From: an uncultured delta proteobacterium
GTDB taxonomy: Bacteria > Desulfobacterota > Desulfobacteria > Desulfobacterales > SG8-13
Direction of reading: 5' to 3'
DNA: 64,000 nt
Assembly (NCBI GenBank): GCA_963848135.1
Contig: CAWKCK010000002.1
Span: 573,684-637,683 of the forward strand
A program made the translations under genes and the position numbers. The notes beneath the pieces are model-generated. The model worked only from the letters and a program-made list of their open reading frames with translations. It was not told where the DNA came from and searched no databases. This document shows, piece by piece, positions 1-9,877 of the stretch; within the stretch, counting starts at the first letter, position 1; each line of letters starts with the position of its first letter.

Positions 1-218
1 TCGTCTCTGCCAAAAAGGCCTGGATTGTCGGAAGCTGGGACCGCTTCCTGATTCCCAAGCCGTTCAGCGAGGTGACGATCGAATGGGGGCGCCCCTTTGT
101 CATACCGAGCAACTCAGATTCGGAAACTCATGAAGAATTCAGACGCGAAATCGAAATGAGCCTCACAGAGGGGCACGCCGAAGCCGACCTGAATTCAGGC
201 TGGAAACAGCCACTTTAA
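1..218 (+). CDS. 3' end of DUF374 / LpxJ-like lysophospholipid acyltransferase family protein (5'-truncated by window edge)
   Basis: Frame from position 3 reads VSAKKAWIVGSWDRFLIPKPFSEVTIEWGRPFVIP...WKQPL, stop TAA at 216-218. SWDRFxIPKPFS is the characteristic C-terminal motif of DUF374 proteins. Confidence 0.75.
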   Translation, partial: VSAKKAWIVGSWDRFLIPKPFSEVTIEWGRPFVIPSNSDSETHEEFRREIEMSLTEGHAEADLNSGWKQPL

Positions 219-298
219 CCCGGACCATTTCAATACAGAAGATAGGTCAAAACTATTGCCATGACGACTCAACCATCACGACCCATACTCTCTTTTCT

Positions 299-3200
299 GT
301 GGCGACCAATGAGATCACATCAACGGTGGTCGAGGTCGCACATCAGACCTCTACCGGCGCCATATTCGACGTCAGCACACATACCGATAAAAGCACCGCC
401 GAAGCCCTCAGAGCTTCTGGAGCGACTGAAATAAGGATTTCCGCTGAATATGTTATGAGTTCTTCTCTCGATGGTTTCCTGAAGGGCAGCGATGTGAACA
501 CCCTTTGGATAGATTACCACCCGGCCCTTGTCACTGGTACACCCGAGGCCTTTCTCGAGCGGCTGAATGCGTTGTCGACCCGATTCACGTGTATCCCGAT
601 CAGCGGGGATCTGACACTGCTCACCCTTATCCTTCAGATGGCGCAGCCTCCCCGCGCTATGGCGCTCAAAGGGGCCGAAACCGCAGGCTTCGTCAGCAAC
701 GAAACAACCGGCATTCTTTACGCGACCCTGCGGGAAATAGCGAGCCAGCGAGAGCAATGCCCCGAGATGATAATATGGGGCGGGGTAGCCACTCCCGAGG
801 CGGCGGCAGCCTTTCTGTGCAGCGGCGCAAAGAGTATCGTGTTCGAAAGTCTCCACTGGCTGACAGACCTTGTATCCGCCGACCAGAGTCTGAAAAAACG
901 CCTGTCCAAACTGCGGCCCGAGCACACCACCGTGGTAGGGCAGGATCTCGACGTCGCCTGCCGATTCTATGACAAGGGCAACTCGCTGGCGGTCAAAGAA
1001 CTCAGGCATTACACCGACACTCAATTCTCTTGCGAAGTCACAGAGGAACATCGCCATGCCTTTGCCCGCAAGGTCAAAGACACTGTCATACCGGTACTGG
1101 AAAGCAACCTGGGTCGCCAGGATCTGGTCTTCATGAGCCCAGAGTCCGCCTTTGCAGAAGCATTCGCCGAACGGTTCGGCCGCTCTACCCGTCAGGCCCT
1201 GACAGGTTTTCTCGATGAGGTTGAGCGTCTCTGCTGGGAGGCCCCACATAAACTGGATGAGTTCGTGGAGAACGCCGCCGCACGCGCCCTTGGAACCAGG
1301 TATCCGATTATCCAAGGCGCCATGACCTGGATCAGTGATCGGCTGGAATTTGCCCAGGCGGTCTCCGAAGCGGGCGGCCTGCCCACCTTGGCCCTCGGTC
1401 TCAAAAGCCGCACGGATCTGGAGAAAGACCTCGCTCGGCTCAAGGAATTCATGGGCAAAAATCCGTATGCGGTAAATTTTATCGCGCTGCCGGAAAATCC
1501 GCATCTCGAGGAGCAACTCGCCTGGATCGAGCAACTTCGCCCCCCCTTTGCGGTCATTGCCGCCGGAGACCCCTCTTATGCCGCCCGATTGCAAGAGCAG
1601 GGTATCCAAACCATCTATGTGACTTCGAGTGTTGGCCTAATCCGCATGGCGCTTGGGGCCGGTGTGCGATTTGTTGTCCTGGAAGGCAACGAGGCCGGCG
1701 GCCATGTCGGAGAATACTCCACCTTGACCCTGGCCCAGATAGCACTGGAGCTCAGGCGGAAAGAACCGGCACTTTTCCGCGACCGGTATGTAGCGATTGC
1801 CGGCGGTATATACAACCGCGAGACCACCTTCAGGGCGTTCATGCTGGGCGCCGACGCCGTCCAGATGGGTACGGCCTACCTGGCCACAAAGGAGATCGTT
1901 GCCACCGGTGCGCTGAGTCCGCTTTATCAGCGCCTCGTCGTCGATTCCCATCCCGGTGCGACGGCAGTCTCCGGCGAGAGCGTTGGGCTGAGAGTTCGGT
2001 CCCTCAAGACCCCTGTGATGAACGGCATCTGCACTTTGGAACGCGAGTGGGCTTCCGGGCAGCATGATGAGAACGCTTTTCGGGAACGCTTGGAGGCCCT
2101 GAGTGCCAATAGCCTGCTTGTCGCGGCCCGGGGTGTCACACACCCACTTGGTCCCCGGCTGGAAGAAGAGGCCTGCATGCGTGAAGGCCAGTTCATGAGC
2201 GGCGCCGTCGCCGGCGCTGTCAATCACGTCCAGTCCATCGCGACGTTTCATCGCAGCCTGGCTGAAGCGCCATTGGAGTTGACGCTCCCCGAAAAATCTG
2301 TTCGCCCGGCACCAACGGCCCACCGGGCAGGGGCACGACAAGAAAATGGAGACCGGATTGCCATCACCGCCATGGCCCTTGTCAATTCGTTGGGCAACTC
2401 CCCGCAAGAGATCTGGGAGACCTCTCTATCCGGGAGATGCGGAATTATCGAGGTGCCCCGTTCAAAGTGGAATCACGACCTCTACTATGATGCCGATCCC
2501 CGCGCCCGGGGCAAGACCTACTGCAACGTGGGCGCCTTTCAGAATATCGATATCTCCCGCAAGGAACTCGGTATCGCCCCGCAGGACTTCCGATCCATGG
2601 CCGATTCCACCAAATTAACTCTTTGGTTGGCCGAACAGGTCATCAGGGAATCAGGGCTTCTTGATTCCGGCATCCCCAGGGAACGCACCAGCGTGTTGAT
2701 TTCCCAGAACTCGGGCGAAGCCGCCGGTACGATCAAAGACCTGACTTTTGACGTTTATGCCCATGATATTGTGCAATACGTTCGTGATATCGTTTCCCTA
2801 ACGCCGGAACTGGAGGCTGCCCTGACGGAAAAAATCAGATCCGGCCGCCTTTGCGTCGACGACACCACTCTTTTGGGCCGTCTCAACTGTGCAGCCGGAG
2901 GCTTTGTCTGCAATCGCTATGGACTTCAGGGCCCGAGTTACTCGGTCTCGGCGGCCTGCGCCACCGGCCTGGTGGCCCTCTACAGTGCCATCCAGATGAT
3001 CCACAACGGCATTATCGATGCCGCCGTGGTGGGCGGGGGCGAAGAACCCTTGCAGCCCTCCCATTACCTGGAGTTTTCGGCCCTTAAAGCCCTGGCCATG
3101 CTCTCGGGCACCAAACGCCCGGTTCAAGAGAGCAGCCGGCCGTTTGACGCCACCCGTGACGGCATGGTGCTCGGCGAGGGTGGGGGCATGATCGTCATCG

Positions 3201-6200
3201 AGAGAGAATCGACGGCCAAACAGCGAGGAGCGCCCATTCACGGGTACATTACCGGAATCGGCGCGAGTAACAATGATCGCGGAATGGTGGAATCTCTGGC
3301 CGAAACCCAGCTCATCGCTCTGCGGGCATCCCTGCAGGATACCGGCTACGGACCCGATCAGGTGGATCTCGTGGAATGCCACGCCACCAGTACGATGCAA
3401 GGCGATATCGAGGAGATAAAGGCACTCAAAACTCTGTTTAATGGCACCAACAGGACCATGCTCTCCTCCTTCAAAGCCCAAATTGGCCACACCCTCGGCG
3501 CCTCGGGCATCAACAGTCTGATCAGAGGTGTCACTGCAATGCAGGCGGGTATATTCCCACCCACCCCCACCTACCGCACCCCTGACCCCCAGATCGATAT
3601 GGAGACCGCGGGTTTCCATGTTCCCAACCAACCCGCCGAGTGGCCGCAACCCAAGGATCGACCGCGACGCCTGCAAGTCAATGCTTTTGGTTTCGGTGGC
3701 GCCAATTACGTCGTCCAACTCGAACAGTGCCGGGAGGCCTCCGGTCAGGTAGCGATCACCGTGCCCTTGCCGGAAAAATCCACCTATGAGCGGCCCACAG
3801 AACTGGAGGAGCGGTCCTCAGTCCCCGGGGTTTCATTTCTTGTTACCCCTTTCGGCAGCCGACCCCATCGCCTGGGTGTCGTGGCTCCCAATACGGCCGA
3901 GTCCCGGGCCAAGGTGGCGGGTTTAGCGCCGCTTGAACCCGGAGACGCCCTGTCGCAAAAGGCCCTGCGGGTGATGGCCCGCCAGGGGATCTTTGCCGCA
4001 CCCGCCGACCAGCCGACCCCGCCCCTGGCCTTTGTATTCGCCGGCCAGGGATCCCAATATATCGGCATGGGCAAGGGGCTTTACCAGACTTTTACCGAGA
4101 TTCGGAGATGGATGGACAAGATGGCCGCGGTGGCTGATTTCGACCTGCTGGACCTTCTTTTCAATTCTTCCGAGGAAGACCTTCAAAAAACGCGCTGGCA
4201 ACAGCCGGCTCTCTATACCATGGAGTTGGCCATGGTGCAGAACCTGATGGCCCTGGGGGTCGAGCCAAAGGCGATGGCCGGACACAGTCTGGGAGAACTC
4301 GTGGCCTTGAGCGTCGCCGGGGTGTTTTCCTATACGGATGGCCTGCGGATTGTAAACAAACGGGCCCAATGCATGGACAAGGCCTCCGGCCTAAGGGGCG
4401 ATCCGGGAACTATGGTCGCCGTGGACGCGCCCATGGCCTATCTGGAAGAAAAACTCGCCGGTACCGATAACGTCTATTTCACCAACTACAATTCACCCCA
4501 CCAGGTGGTGCTGGGAGGGGATACCGAACCGGTGCTGGCCCTCATGGAAGAGATAAAACAGGAAGGCCACAAAGCCACCCAGCTCAAGGTGAGCATGGCT
4601 TTTCACTCACCCACTATGAAGGTCATCCATGAAGAGATGGCCGCTTTTGTCACAGATATTGCCTTTCACCCCCCGCGGATTCCGGTGGTGTCGAATACCA
4701 CCATGATGCCGTATCCCGATGATCCGGACCGGATACGTGAGATCCTTATGGCACACCTGGAGTCACCGGTCCATTGGACCCAGAACGTCAGCACGCTGTG
4801 GAAAGATTTCGGCATCAGGCACTTTGTGGAAATCGGTCCCAAAGATACGCTCTGCAACCTCGTTGGCGAAACTTTGGAACAGGCCCTGTGCATCCCCACC
4901 TGTCTGCCCGAGGGTGAAGTTCCGACCTATCAGGCCGGAGTGGCCCACCTCTATGCGTTAGGGCACCTGCCAAAGGTTGACGCGGTTCGTTTGGAGACCA
5001 CTGCCCAACGAAGCGTTCCAGCCGCGCCGCCTGCTGCGACCCGAACCCCTTCCAAAGACCCGGTAGCGAACGTTGTGCAGCGCGAAATCAATGCCTTTAT
5101 TCTTGAATCCTTCGGCAAAATCATCAAACCACAGATCGTAGAGGCGGTCCGCCGTGAGTTGGATCCCGGTTTTACCGAAGATCGTCTCGACCGCATCCTG
5201 CAAGGCGCGCCTACAGTGCTGCCGGAAGTCCGGGCGAAATCACCCCAGAGCGACGCACCACCAGCCGCGCCAACGCTTCCGAAGGCGGCACCGCCTCCCC
5301 CCATCACCGAATCGCCACGCCCTGAAAAAGGGGGGGAGGCCGTAGATTATCTGGAGCAGGTCATCCAGATCATCATGGATGCCACCGGATACGAGCGCGA
5401 CGAAATTGAACCCGACATGGATATCCGTCAGGATCTGGCCATCCGTTCGAGCCGCCTGCCCGTTATCATGGACGATGTGGAGCGCTGCTTCAACATTACC
5501 GTAAATGTCGAGGATTTCGTGGGTTTGCGCACAGTGAAAGAAATAGCCGACTGCATCGAAGGGCTGGCAGACCGGAGCGCCCACGGCAACGCGGCTGAAC
5601 AAAAGACCGATCCGCCCGCCTCGGCCGTCCCGGCCGCAACAATGCCTGTTGAAACGGCCGCTGATGGCGCCGATCGAAAAGCATCGCTCCAGCGGCTGGT
5701 CTTTGAAACTGTCGAACTTCATCCGACTGCCGGCAATCCCCTGTCGCTCGCCCCCGATCAGCAGGTGGTCATTCTCAGGACGCACCCCCAGTCGGCCCTT
5801 GCGGCCGAGGTGACTCGAATCTTGGAGGACCGGTTTGGAACACATTGCCTGCATCTGGACTGCTTGAACGGCACCTACGATCTGCGCACGTCCAAAGGTA
5901 CCCAGAATGCCGCCCAGAAACTCAAAGAATACCCATCCCTGACCGGCCTGATCCTGGTTTTGGAGACCGAACGGCAATCCCTACTCGCGGGTCCCGAGGA
6001 AACAACGGCCTTTCTGAACGGCTTTTTCAGCTGTTTTAAACACCTCATGGATTCGAAAAAGAGAGTCTTCGGCCTCAATCTGCTTCGTGGGGTTCAGCCC
6101 CATATGTCAGACGCGGCAGCCGCAGAGGGCATTTTGGGCATGTTCCTGGCCGCGGCCCACGAATACCCCTCCATGCTGTTTCGAAGCGTGGCGATTGACA

Positions 6201-8140
6201 GCCACACGGATGTCAAAAACGCCCTGGACTTCGCCCTCGATGCGGACAATCCGACCATTGAATTGATCTACAATGACCAGAAGCCTTATTCCATCAGAGC
6301 CACCAGTACGCCGTTGTCCTTGGCGCGTCCGCCCGCACCGGCGCTGGAGGCCGGCGAAGTGGTCGTGATATCCGGAGGTGCCAAAGGTGTCACTTATCGC
6401 ATTGCGCAGGCCCTGGCCCCATTCAAACCCCGGATCGTTCTGCTGGGCCGAACCGAACTGGACCCCGCCGCCGCCTACGACACCCTCCGCAATGCAAGCG
6501 GCCCGGAAGGGAACCGTAAAAAACAAGAAACCACAAAACACCAGGCAGGTCTGGATGTCGCCCGCAACGTATCCCGGCTTTCCACTTTGGGACTCAAAGT
6601 TTCATACCGTTGCTGTGATGTCACCAACCCCCACCAAGTGTCCCAAACGCTGGCCCAGATCGCCAAAGACTATGGCAAGATTGACGGAATCATTCATGGC
6701 GCCGGTCTCATCCGGGACGGCTTCATGGAAAATATGTCACCCGAAGACTTCAAACAGGTCGTGGCGGTCAAACTCCTGGGGGCCTGGAATCTCTATCATG
6801 CCGCTCGCAAACATGGTTTGCGGTTCTTTACTGCCCTGTCTTCCCTGGTGGCCATCCAGGGCAATATCGGTCAGGTCAACTACTGCGCCGCCAACCGATC
6901 GATGGCTGCTCTGGTGCGCGCATGGCCGGCCGAGAATGATGGCCTGGTTTCAAAAGCGTTGATGCTGCCACCCATCGAAGGAACCGGCATGGCCGAAGAC
7001 CCGGAAGTCAAGGCACTCATGAAGCTCAAGGGACTGTCTTCGGCTTTTGTACACGCCGACGAGCTGGCCCAGATGTTCTGTCACGAACTCCTGCTGGCGC
7101 CCCCCCAACCGTCCTGGATCGCTGTGGCCCGCACTTTTCCAAAGGTCAAGGGAACCCTGGTCATGCCGACCGAATTCGTTGGAGATAGCGCCAGCCAGGT
7201 CCTGGAAGGTCTCCGCTTCCAACCGGAAGATCTCCCCATGATCGAAACCGTGGCGCAATTGGATCTCGAAAACGGCGAACTGGTCGCCAAACGGGTTTTT
7301 TCACAGACCTACGACTTGTGGCTCGAAGATCACAAACCTTTCAAGTTTCTCAAACACCCTCTGGTCTCGGGGATCATGGCCGTCGAGACCTTTCTGGAGG
7401 CTGCCCATTTACTCTACCCACACTTGCAGGTGCGGGGTGTACGGCGATTGACCTTCGAAGATATCCTGGAGTGTCCTGGAGACATGGCACGGGAAGCGCG
7501 GATCCGTTGCCGCCGACAAACGGATGCGGGGTTAGGGCTCCGTTGTGATGTACAGCTCACCAGCGCGGATGTCTCGCCTTCAGGGCGCCAACTCGACCGG
7601 TGGTCCACAAACTACCGGGGCCAGGTCCTTCTGGGACCGTCAACAACTCCCCTGCCCCGTTGGTCGGATTTCGCCATAAAATCTACGGAATTGGACACAC
7701 GGGCCATGGACCCTACTGAAATTCAAGCGAGCTATACTGCGCGCACTGGCCTCACAGGACGCTACCGCGTCCTTGAGCGGCTCGACGGGACCGGGAACGG
7801 GGTAATAAAAGGCGCTATGGTTTACAACGAACTGAAAGACATCGCCGGCCTTGAACGGGTTCATTACCAGTACTCACCCTATCTGTTGGAAGCGTTGATG
7901 CATCTGCTGGCTTTCTACGTTGCCCTGCGACAGGACGAAGGGGTTGCAGACCTTATTCCCTCCAGCATGGAGGAAATGCGATTTGCCCGTCGGGCCCGCA
8001 TAGGGGAGCGCATCACCCTCGAAGCACGCCTCCGCGCCCACGACGCGCAAGGATTTACCTGGGATGCCCAGGCCGTCGATGAGAGCAGCACTCCCATCAT
8101 GCAACTCGTCGGCATGCGTATGAATCACTTCCGTCATTAA
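299..8140 (+). CDS. Iterative type I PKS/FAS: (degenerate FabK/NMO-like)-(FabK/NMO-like enoyl reductase)-KS-AT-ACP-KR-DH
   Basis: FabK-like motifs YPIIQGAMTWIS, EGNEAGGH, IAGGI, GADAVQMGTAYL. KS triad SAAC, ECHATST, IGHTLG. AT GQGSQ, GHSLGE, AFHS. ACP DLAIRSS. KR SGGAKGV, HGAG, YCAAN. C-terminal hot-dog DH (WLEDHKP). Start uncertain (GTG 299; see findings). Confidence 0.9.
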   Translation: MATNEITSTVVEVAHQTSTGAIFDVSTHTDKSTAEALRASGATEIRISAEYVMSSSLDGFLKGSDVNTLWIDYHPALVTGTPEAFLERLNALSTRFTCIPISGDLTLLTLILQMAQPPRAMALKGAETAGFVSNETTGILYATLREIASQREQCPEMIIWGGVATPEAAAAFLCSGAKSIVFESLHWLTDLVSADQSLKKRLSKLRPEHTTVVGQDLDVACRFYDKGNSLAVKELRHYTDTQFSCEVTEEHRHAFARKVKDTVIPVLESNLGRQDLVFMSPESAFAEAFAERFGRSTRQALTGFLDEVERLCWEAPHKLDEFVENAAARALGTRYPIIQGAMTWISDRLEFAQAVSEAGGLPTLALGLKSRTDLEKDLARLKEFMGKNPYAVNFIALPENPHLEEQLAWIEQLRPPFAVIAAGDPSYAARLQEQGIQTIYVTSSVGLIRMALGAGVRFVVLEGNEAGGHVGEYSTLTLAQIALELRRKEPALFRDRYVAIAGGIYNRETTFRAFMLGADAVQMGTAYLATKEIVATGALSPLYQRLVVDSHPGATAVSGESVGLRVRSLKTPVMNGICTLEREWASGQHDENAFRERLEALSANSLLVAARGVTHPLGPRLEEEACMREGQFMSGAVAGAVNHVQSIATFHRSLAEAPLELTLPEKSVRPAPTAHRAGARQENGDRIAITAMALVNSLGNSPQEIWETSLSGRCGIIEVPRSKWNHDLYYDADPRARGKTYCNVGAFQNIDISRKELGIAPQDFRSMADSTKLTLWLAEQVIRESGLLDSGIPRERTSVLISQNSGEAAGTIKDLTFDVYAHDIVQYVRDIVSLTPELEAALTEKIRSGRLCVDDTTLLGRLNCAAGGFVCNRYGLQGPSYSVSAACATGLVALYSAIQMIHNGIIDAAVVGGGEEPLQPSHYLEFSALKALAMLSGTKRPVQESSRPFDATRDGMVLGEGGGMIVIERESTAKQRGAPIHGYITGIGASNNDRGMVESLAETQLIALRASLQDTGYGPDQVDLVECHATSTMQGDIEEIKALKTLFNGTNRTMLSSFKAQIGHTLGASGINSLIRGVTAMQAGIFPPTPTYRTPDPQIDMETAGFHVPNQPAEWPQPKDRPRRLQVNAFGFGGANYVVQLEQCREASGQVAITVPLPEKSTYERPTELEERSSVPGVSFLVTPFGSRPHRLGVVAPNTAESRAKVAGLAPLEPGDALSQKALRVMARQGIFAAPADQPTPPLAFVFAGQGSQYIGMGKGLYQTFTEIRRWMDKMAAVADFDLLDLLFNSSEEDLQKTRWQQPALYTMELAMVQNLMALGVEPKAMAGHSLGELVALSVAGVFSYTDGLRIVNKRAQCMDKASGLRGDPGTMVAVDAPMAYLEEKLAGTDNVYFTNYNSPHQVVLGGDTEPVLALMEEIKQEGHKATQLKVSMAFHSPTMKVIHEEMAAFVTDIAFHPPRIPVVSNTTMMPYPDDPDRIREILMAHLESPVHWTQNVSTLWKDFGIRHFVEIGPKDTLCNLVGETLEQALCIPTCLPEGEVPTYQAGVAHLYALGHLPKVDAVRLETTAQRSVPAAPPAATRTPSKDPVANVVQREINAFILESFGKIIKPQIVEAVRRELDPGFTEDRLDRILQGAPTVLPEVRAKSPQSDAPPAAPTLPKAAPPPPITESPRPEKGGEAVDYLEQVIQIIMDATGYERDEIEPDMDIRQDLAIRSSRLPVIMDDVERCFNITVNVEDFVGLRTVKEIADCIEGLADRSAHGNAAEQKTDPPASAVPAATMPVETAADGADRKASLQRLVFETVELHPTAGNPLSLAPDQQVVILRTHPQSALAAEVTRILEDRFGTHCLHLDCLNGTYDLRTSKGTQNAAQKLKEYPSLTGLILVLETERQSLLAGPEETTAFLNGFFSCFKHLMDSKKRVFGLNLLRGVQPHMSDAAAAEGILGMFLAAAHEYPSMLFRSVAIDSHTDVKNALDFALDADNPTIELIYNDQKPYSIRATSTPLSLARPPAPALEAGEVVVISGGAKGVTYRIAQALAPFKPRIVLLGRTELDPAAAYDTLRNASGPEGNRKKQETTKHQAGLDVARNVSRLSTLGLKVSYRCCDVTNPHQVSQTLAQIAKDYGKIDGIIHGAGLIRDGFMENMSPEDFKQVVAVKLLGAWNLYHAARKHGLRFFTALSSLVAIQGNIGQVNYCAANRSMAALVRAWPAENDGLVSKALMLPPIEGTGMAEDPEVKALMKLKGLSSAFVHADELAQMFCHELLLAPPQPSWIAVARTFPKVKGTLVMPTEFVGDSASQVLEGLRFQPEDLPMIETVAQLDLENGELVAKRVFSQTYDLWLEDHKPFKFLKHPLVSGIMAVETFLEAAHLLYPHLQVRGVRRLTFEDILECPGDMAREARIRCRRQTDAGLGLRCDVQLTSADVSPSGRQLDRWSTNYRGQVLLGPSTTPLPRWSDFAIKSTELDTRAMDPTEIQASYTARTGLTGRYRVLERLDGTGNGVIKGAMVYNELKDIAGLERVHYQYSPYLLEALMHLLAFYVALRQDEGVADLIPSSMEEMRFARRARIGERITLEARLRAHDAQGFTWDAQAVDESSTPIMQLVGMRMNHFRH

Positions 8141-8156
8141 AAAAGGCCGTCGCGTC

Positions 8157-8837
8157 ATGAGCATGGGTCGTTGTACTCCGGTAGCAGAGCCCCCGAACCG
8201 TAATCACCTCAAACCAGGGACGATACACACCCTACCTGGCCTGGCCGCAGGAGAAACGGTGTTATTTGCGTCCACCCCGTTGGCGCCCAAGGCAGGGTCT
8301 GACTTGATCCTTAGGTTACTGAAGGCTTTAGAGCGGCTTGACTCGCGTTGGCGCGGAACAACCGTTGATAACGCATTTACCCTTCACAAAACCCCGCTTG
8401 GCGAACCATTCCTTTTGCGAGGAGACCGACAGGGTCCTTCATTGTCTTTCAGTCATGGAGACAGGCGGCTCTGGGCGGCCATGGGCAGTCAGGGGCGTGT
8501 GGGTATCGACGTGGCCGATCCGGTTGAGTTTGGCGGCGACTACCCATTAAAAAGAGCGTTCAGACCGGAAGAACTGGATTCCGCCCTGGCCCTGGCCCAC
8601 GAGAACACCGCCCGGGCAGCCGCTCTAATATGGTCGCTAAAGGAAGCATCGGTCAAGGCCACCGGAACCGGCTTCAACGGCTATGATCCCCTTGACGTGC
8701 GGGTGGAATCTCCACGCATAAGTGGCTGCGGGATCCTTTTTGACGTCTGGGCGGGCAAATCAATTTCTGCCTGGGCCAGAGCAGAGGGTCGAAGCTGGCT
8801 TGCGGTGGCATCGACCCAACGCACAGGCGATCACTGA
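8157..8837 (+). CDS. 4'-phosphopantetheinyl transferase (Sfp-type)
   Basis: Motifs LSFSH, VGIDV, WSLKEASVKATGTG; starts 16 nt after the PKS stop. Confidence 0.85.
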   Translation: MSMGRCTPVAEPPNRNHLKPGTIHTLPGLAAGETVLFASTPLAPKAGSDLILRLLKALERLDSRWRGTTVDNAFTLHKTPLGEPFLLRGDRQGPSLSFSHGDRRLWAAMGSQGRVGIDVADPVEFGGDYPLKRAFRPEELDSALALAHENTARAAALIWSLKEASVKATGTGFNGYDPLDVRVESPRISGCGILFDVWAGKSISAWARAEGRSWLAVASTQRTGDH

Positions 8838-9156
8838 TATCGGGGCTGCATATCCCAGCCTATCCGGGACACCCTCGGCTGCGCCCGCTTTGGTAAATTA
8901 GGGCTTTGACATGATAATATTGCGCATCTTACTTGCCTTTTGCCCGGTCTATAGCGTTACACCCACCGGCACTTTTCTCTGATCGGCTGCGGCTAGTGGC
9001 CTTGTGGACGGAGCCAAACCCGTCGCAATATGGCACGATTATTTCTTGCCAAACCCTTTGCAGCTGATCCTAAAAATTGAAGCTTAGGCTCTCTAAATAA
9101 ATATATAAACCAAAGAATTAATATATTTTTGTATATTATCGATATTATAGATAAAA

Positions 9157-9870
9157 ATGGAGGTTAATTTGGAGGATCAATCCGGTAATCAGAAGACTAA
9201 ATATCATTGGCTCAAATTGGTCATTGTCGTCATGATCGTTGCGGCGGTCACATCGGCACTCAGTATGTGGCTGATGATGCGTTACCTTTTTCCGAAAGAA
9301 TTTGAACCGGTAACACTCAACGCAAAAGAAGAGAGTGTGTTGATGGCCAAGATCAAAAAACTGGAAGATGCGCCGCCCTCACGGCAACTGGGCCGGGGTG
9401 AAAAATCCAGGACCGCGGCGTCCCGGGAAACGGATTCGAATCCACTGGAACCGGAGCGTTATACCGAAAACGGGGCCAATCGCACGGTATCTTTCTCAGA
9501 GCGCGAATTGAATGCCCTTATTGCGAAAAATACCGATCTGGCAACAAAATTAGCCATCGACCTTTCCGATAATCTTGCCAGCGCAAAACTGCTTGTCCCG
9601 CTAGATCCCGACCTGCCTTTTATCGGCGGCAAAACATTAAAAGCCACTGCCGGGGTGGAACTTCGCTATGCTGATCAGAAGCCTATCGTGGTGCTCAAGG
9701 GGATTAGCCTATGGGGTGTACCGGTTCCAAATGCCTGGCTCGGTGGTATCAAAAATATCGATCTGGTTAGTGAATTCGGTTCGAGTGGCGGGTTTTGGCA
9801 ATTTTTTTCCGCGGGTGTAGAATATGTTCGGGTTGAGGAAGGGTCGCTCATCCTGAAACTGAAGGAGTGA
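9157..9870 (+). CDS. Hypothetical membrane-anchored protein (single N-terminal TM helix)
   Basis: 237-aa ORF with hydrophobic LVIVVMIVAAVTSALSMWLMM segment. An alternative TTG start at 9169 follows GGAGG. Confidence 0.7.
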   Translation: MEVNLEDQSGNQKTKYHWLKLVIVVMIVAAVTSALSMWLMMRYLFPKEFEPVTLNAKEESVLMAKIKKLEDAPPSRQLGRGEKSRTAASRETDSNPLEPERYTENGANRTVSFSERELNALIAKNTDLATKLAIDLSDNLASAKLLVPLDPDLPFIGGKTLKATAGVELRYADQKPIVVLKGISLWGVPVPNAWLGGIKNIDLVSEFGSSGGFWQFFSAGVEYVRVEEGSLILKLKE

Positions 9871-9877
9871 TTCAACA

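Noticed and set aside
320..8164. Many long antisense/alternate-frame ORFs over the PKS (e.g. 429 aa at 320-1609) and over other genes
   Set aside because: Shadow ORFs of GC-rich coding sequence; no motifs, and fully overlapped by well-supported genes.
9031..9046. TGGCACGATTATTTC sigma54-like site upstream of the 9157 ORF
   Set aside because: Perfect -24 element, but the invariant -12 GC is TC; not supportable without data.
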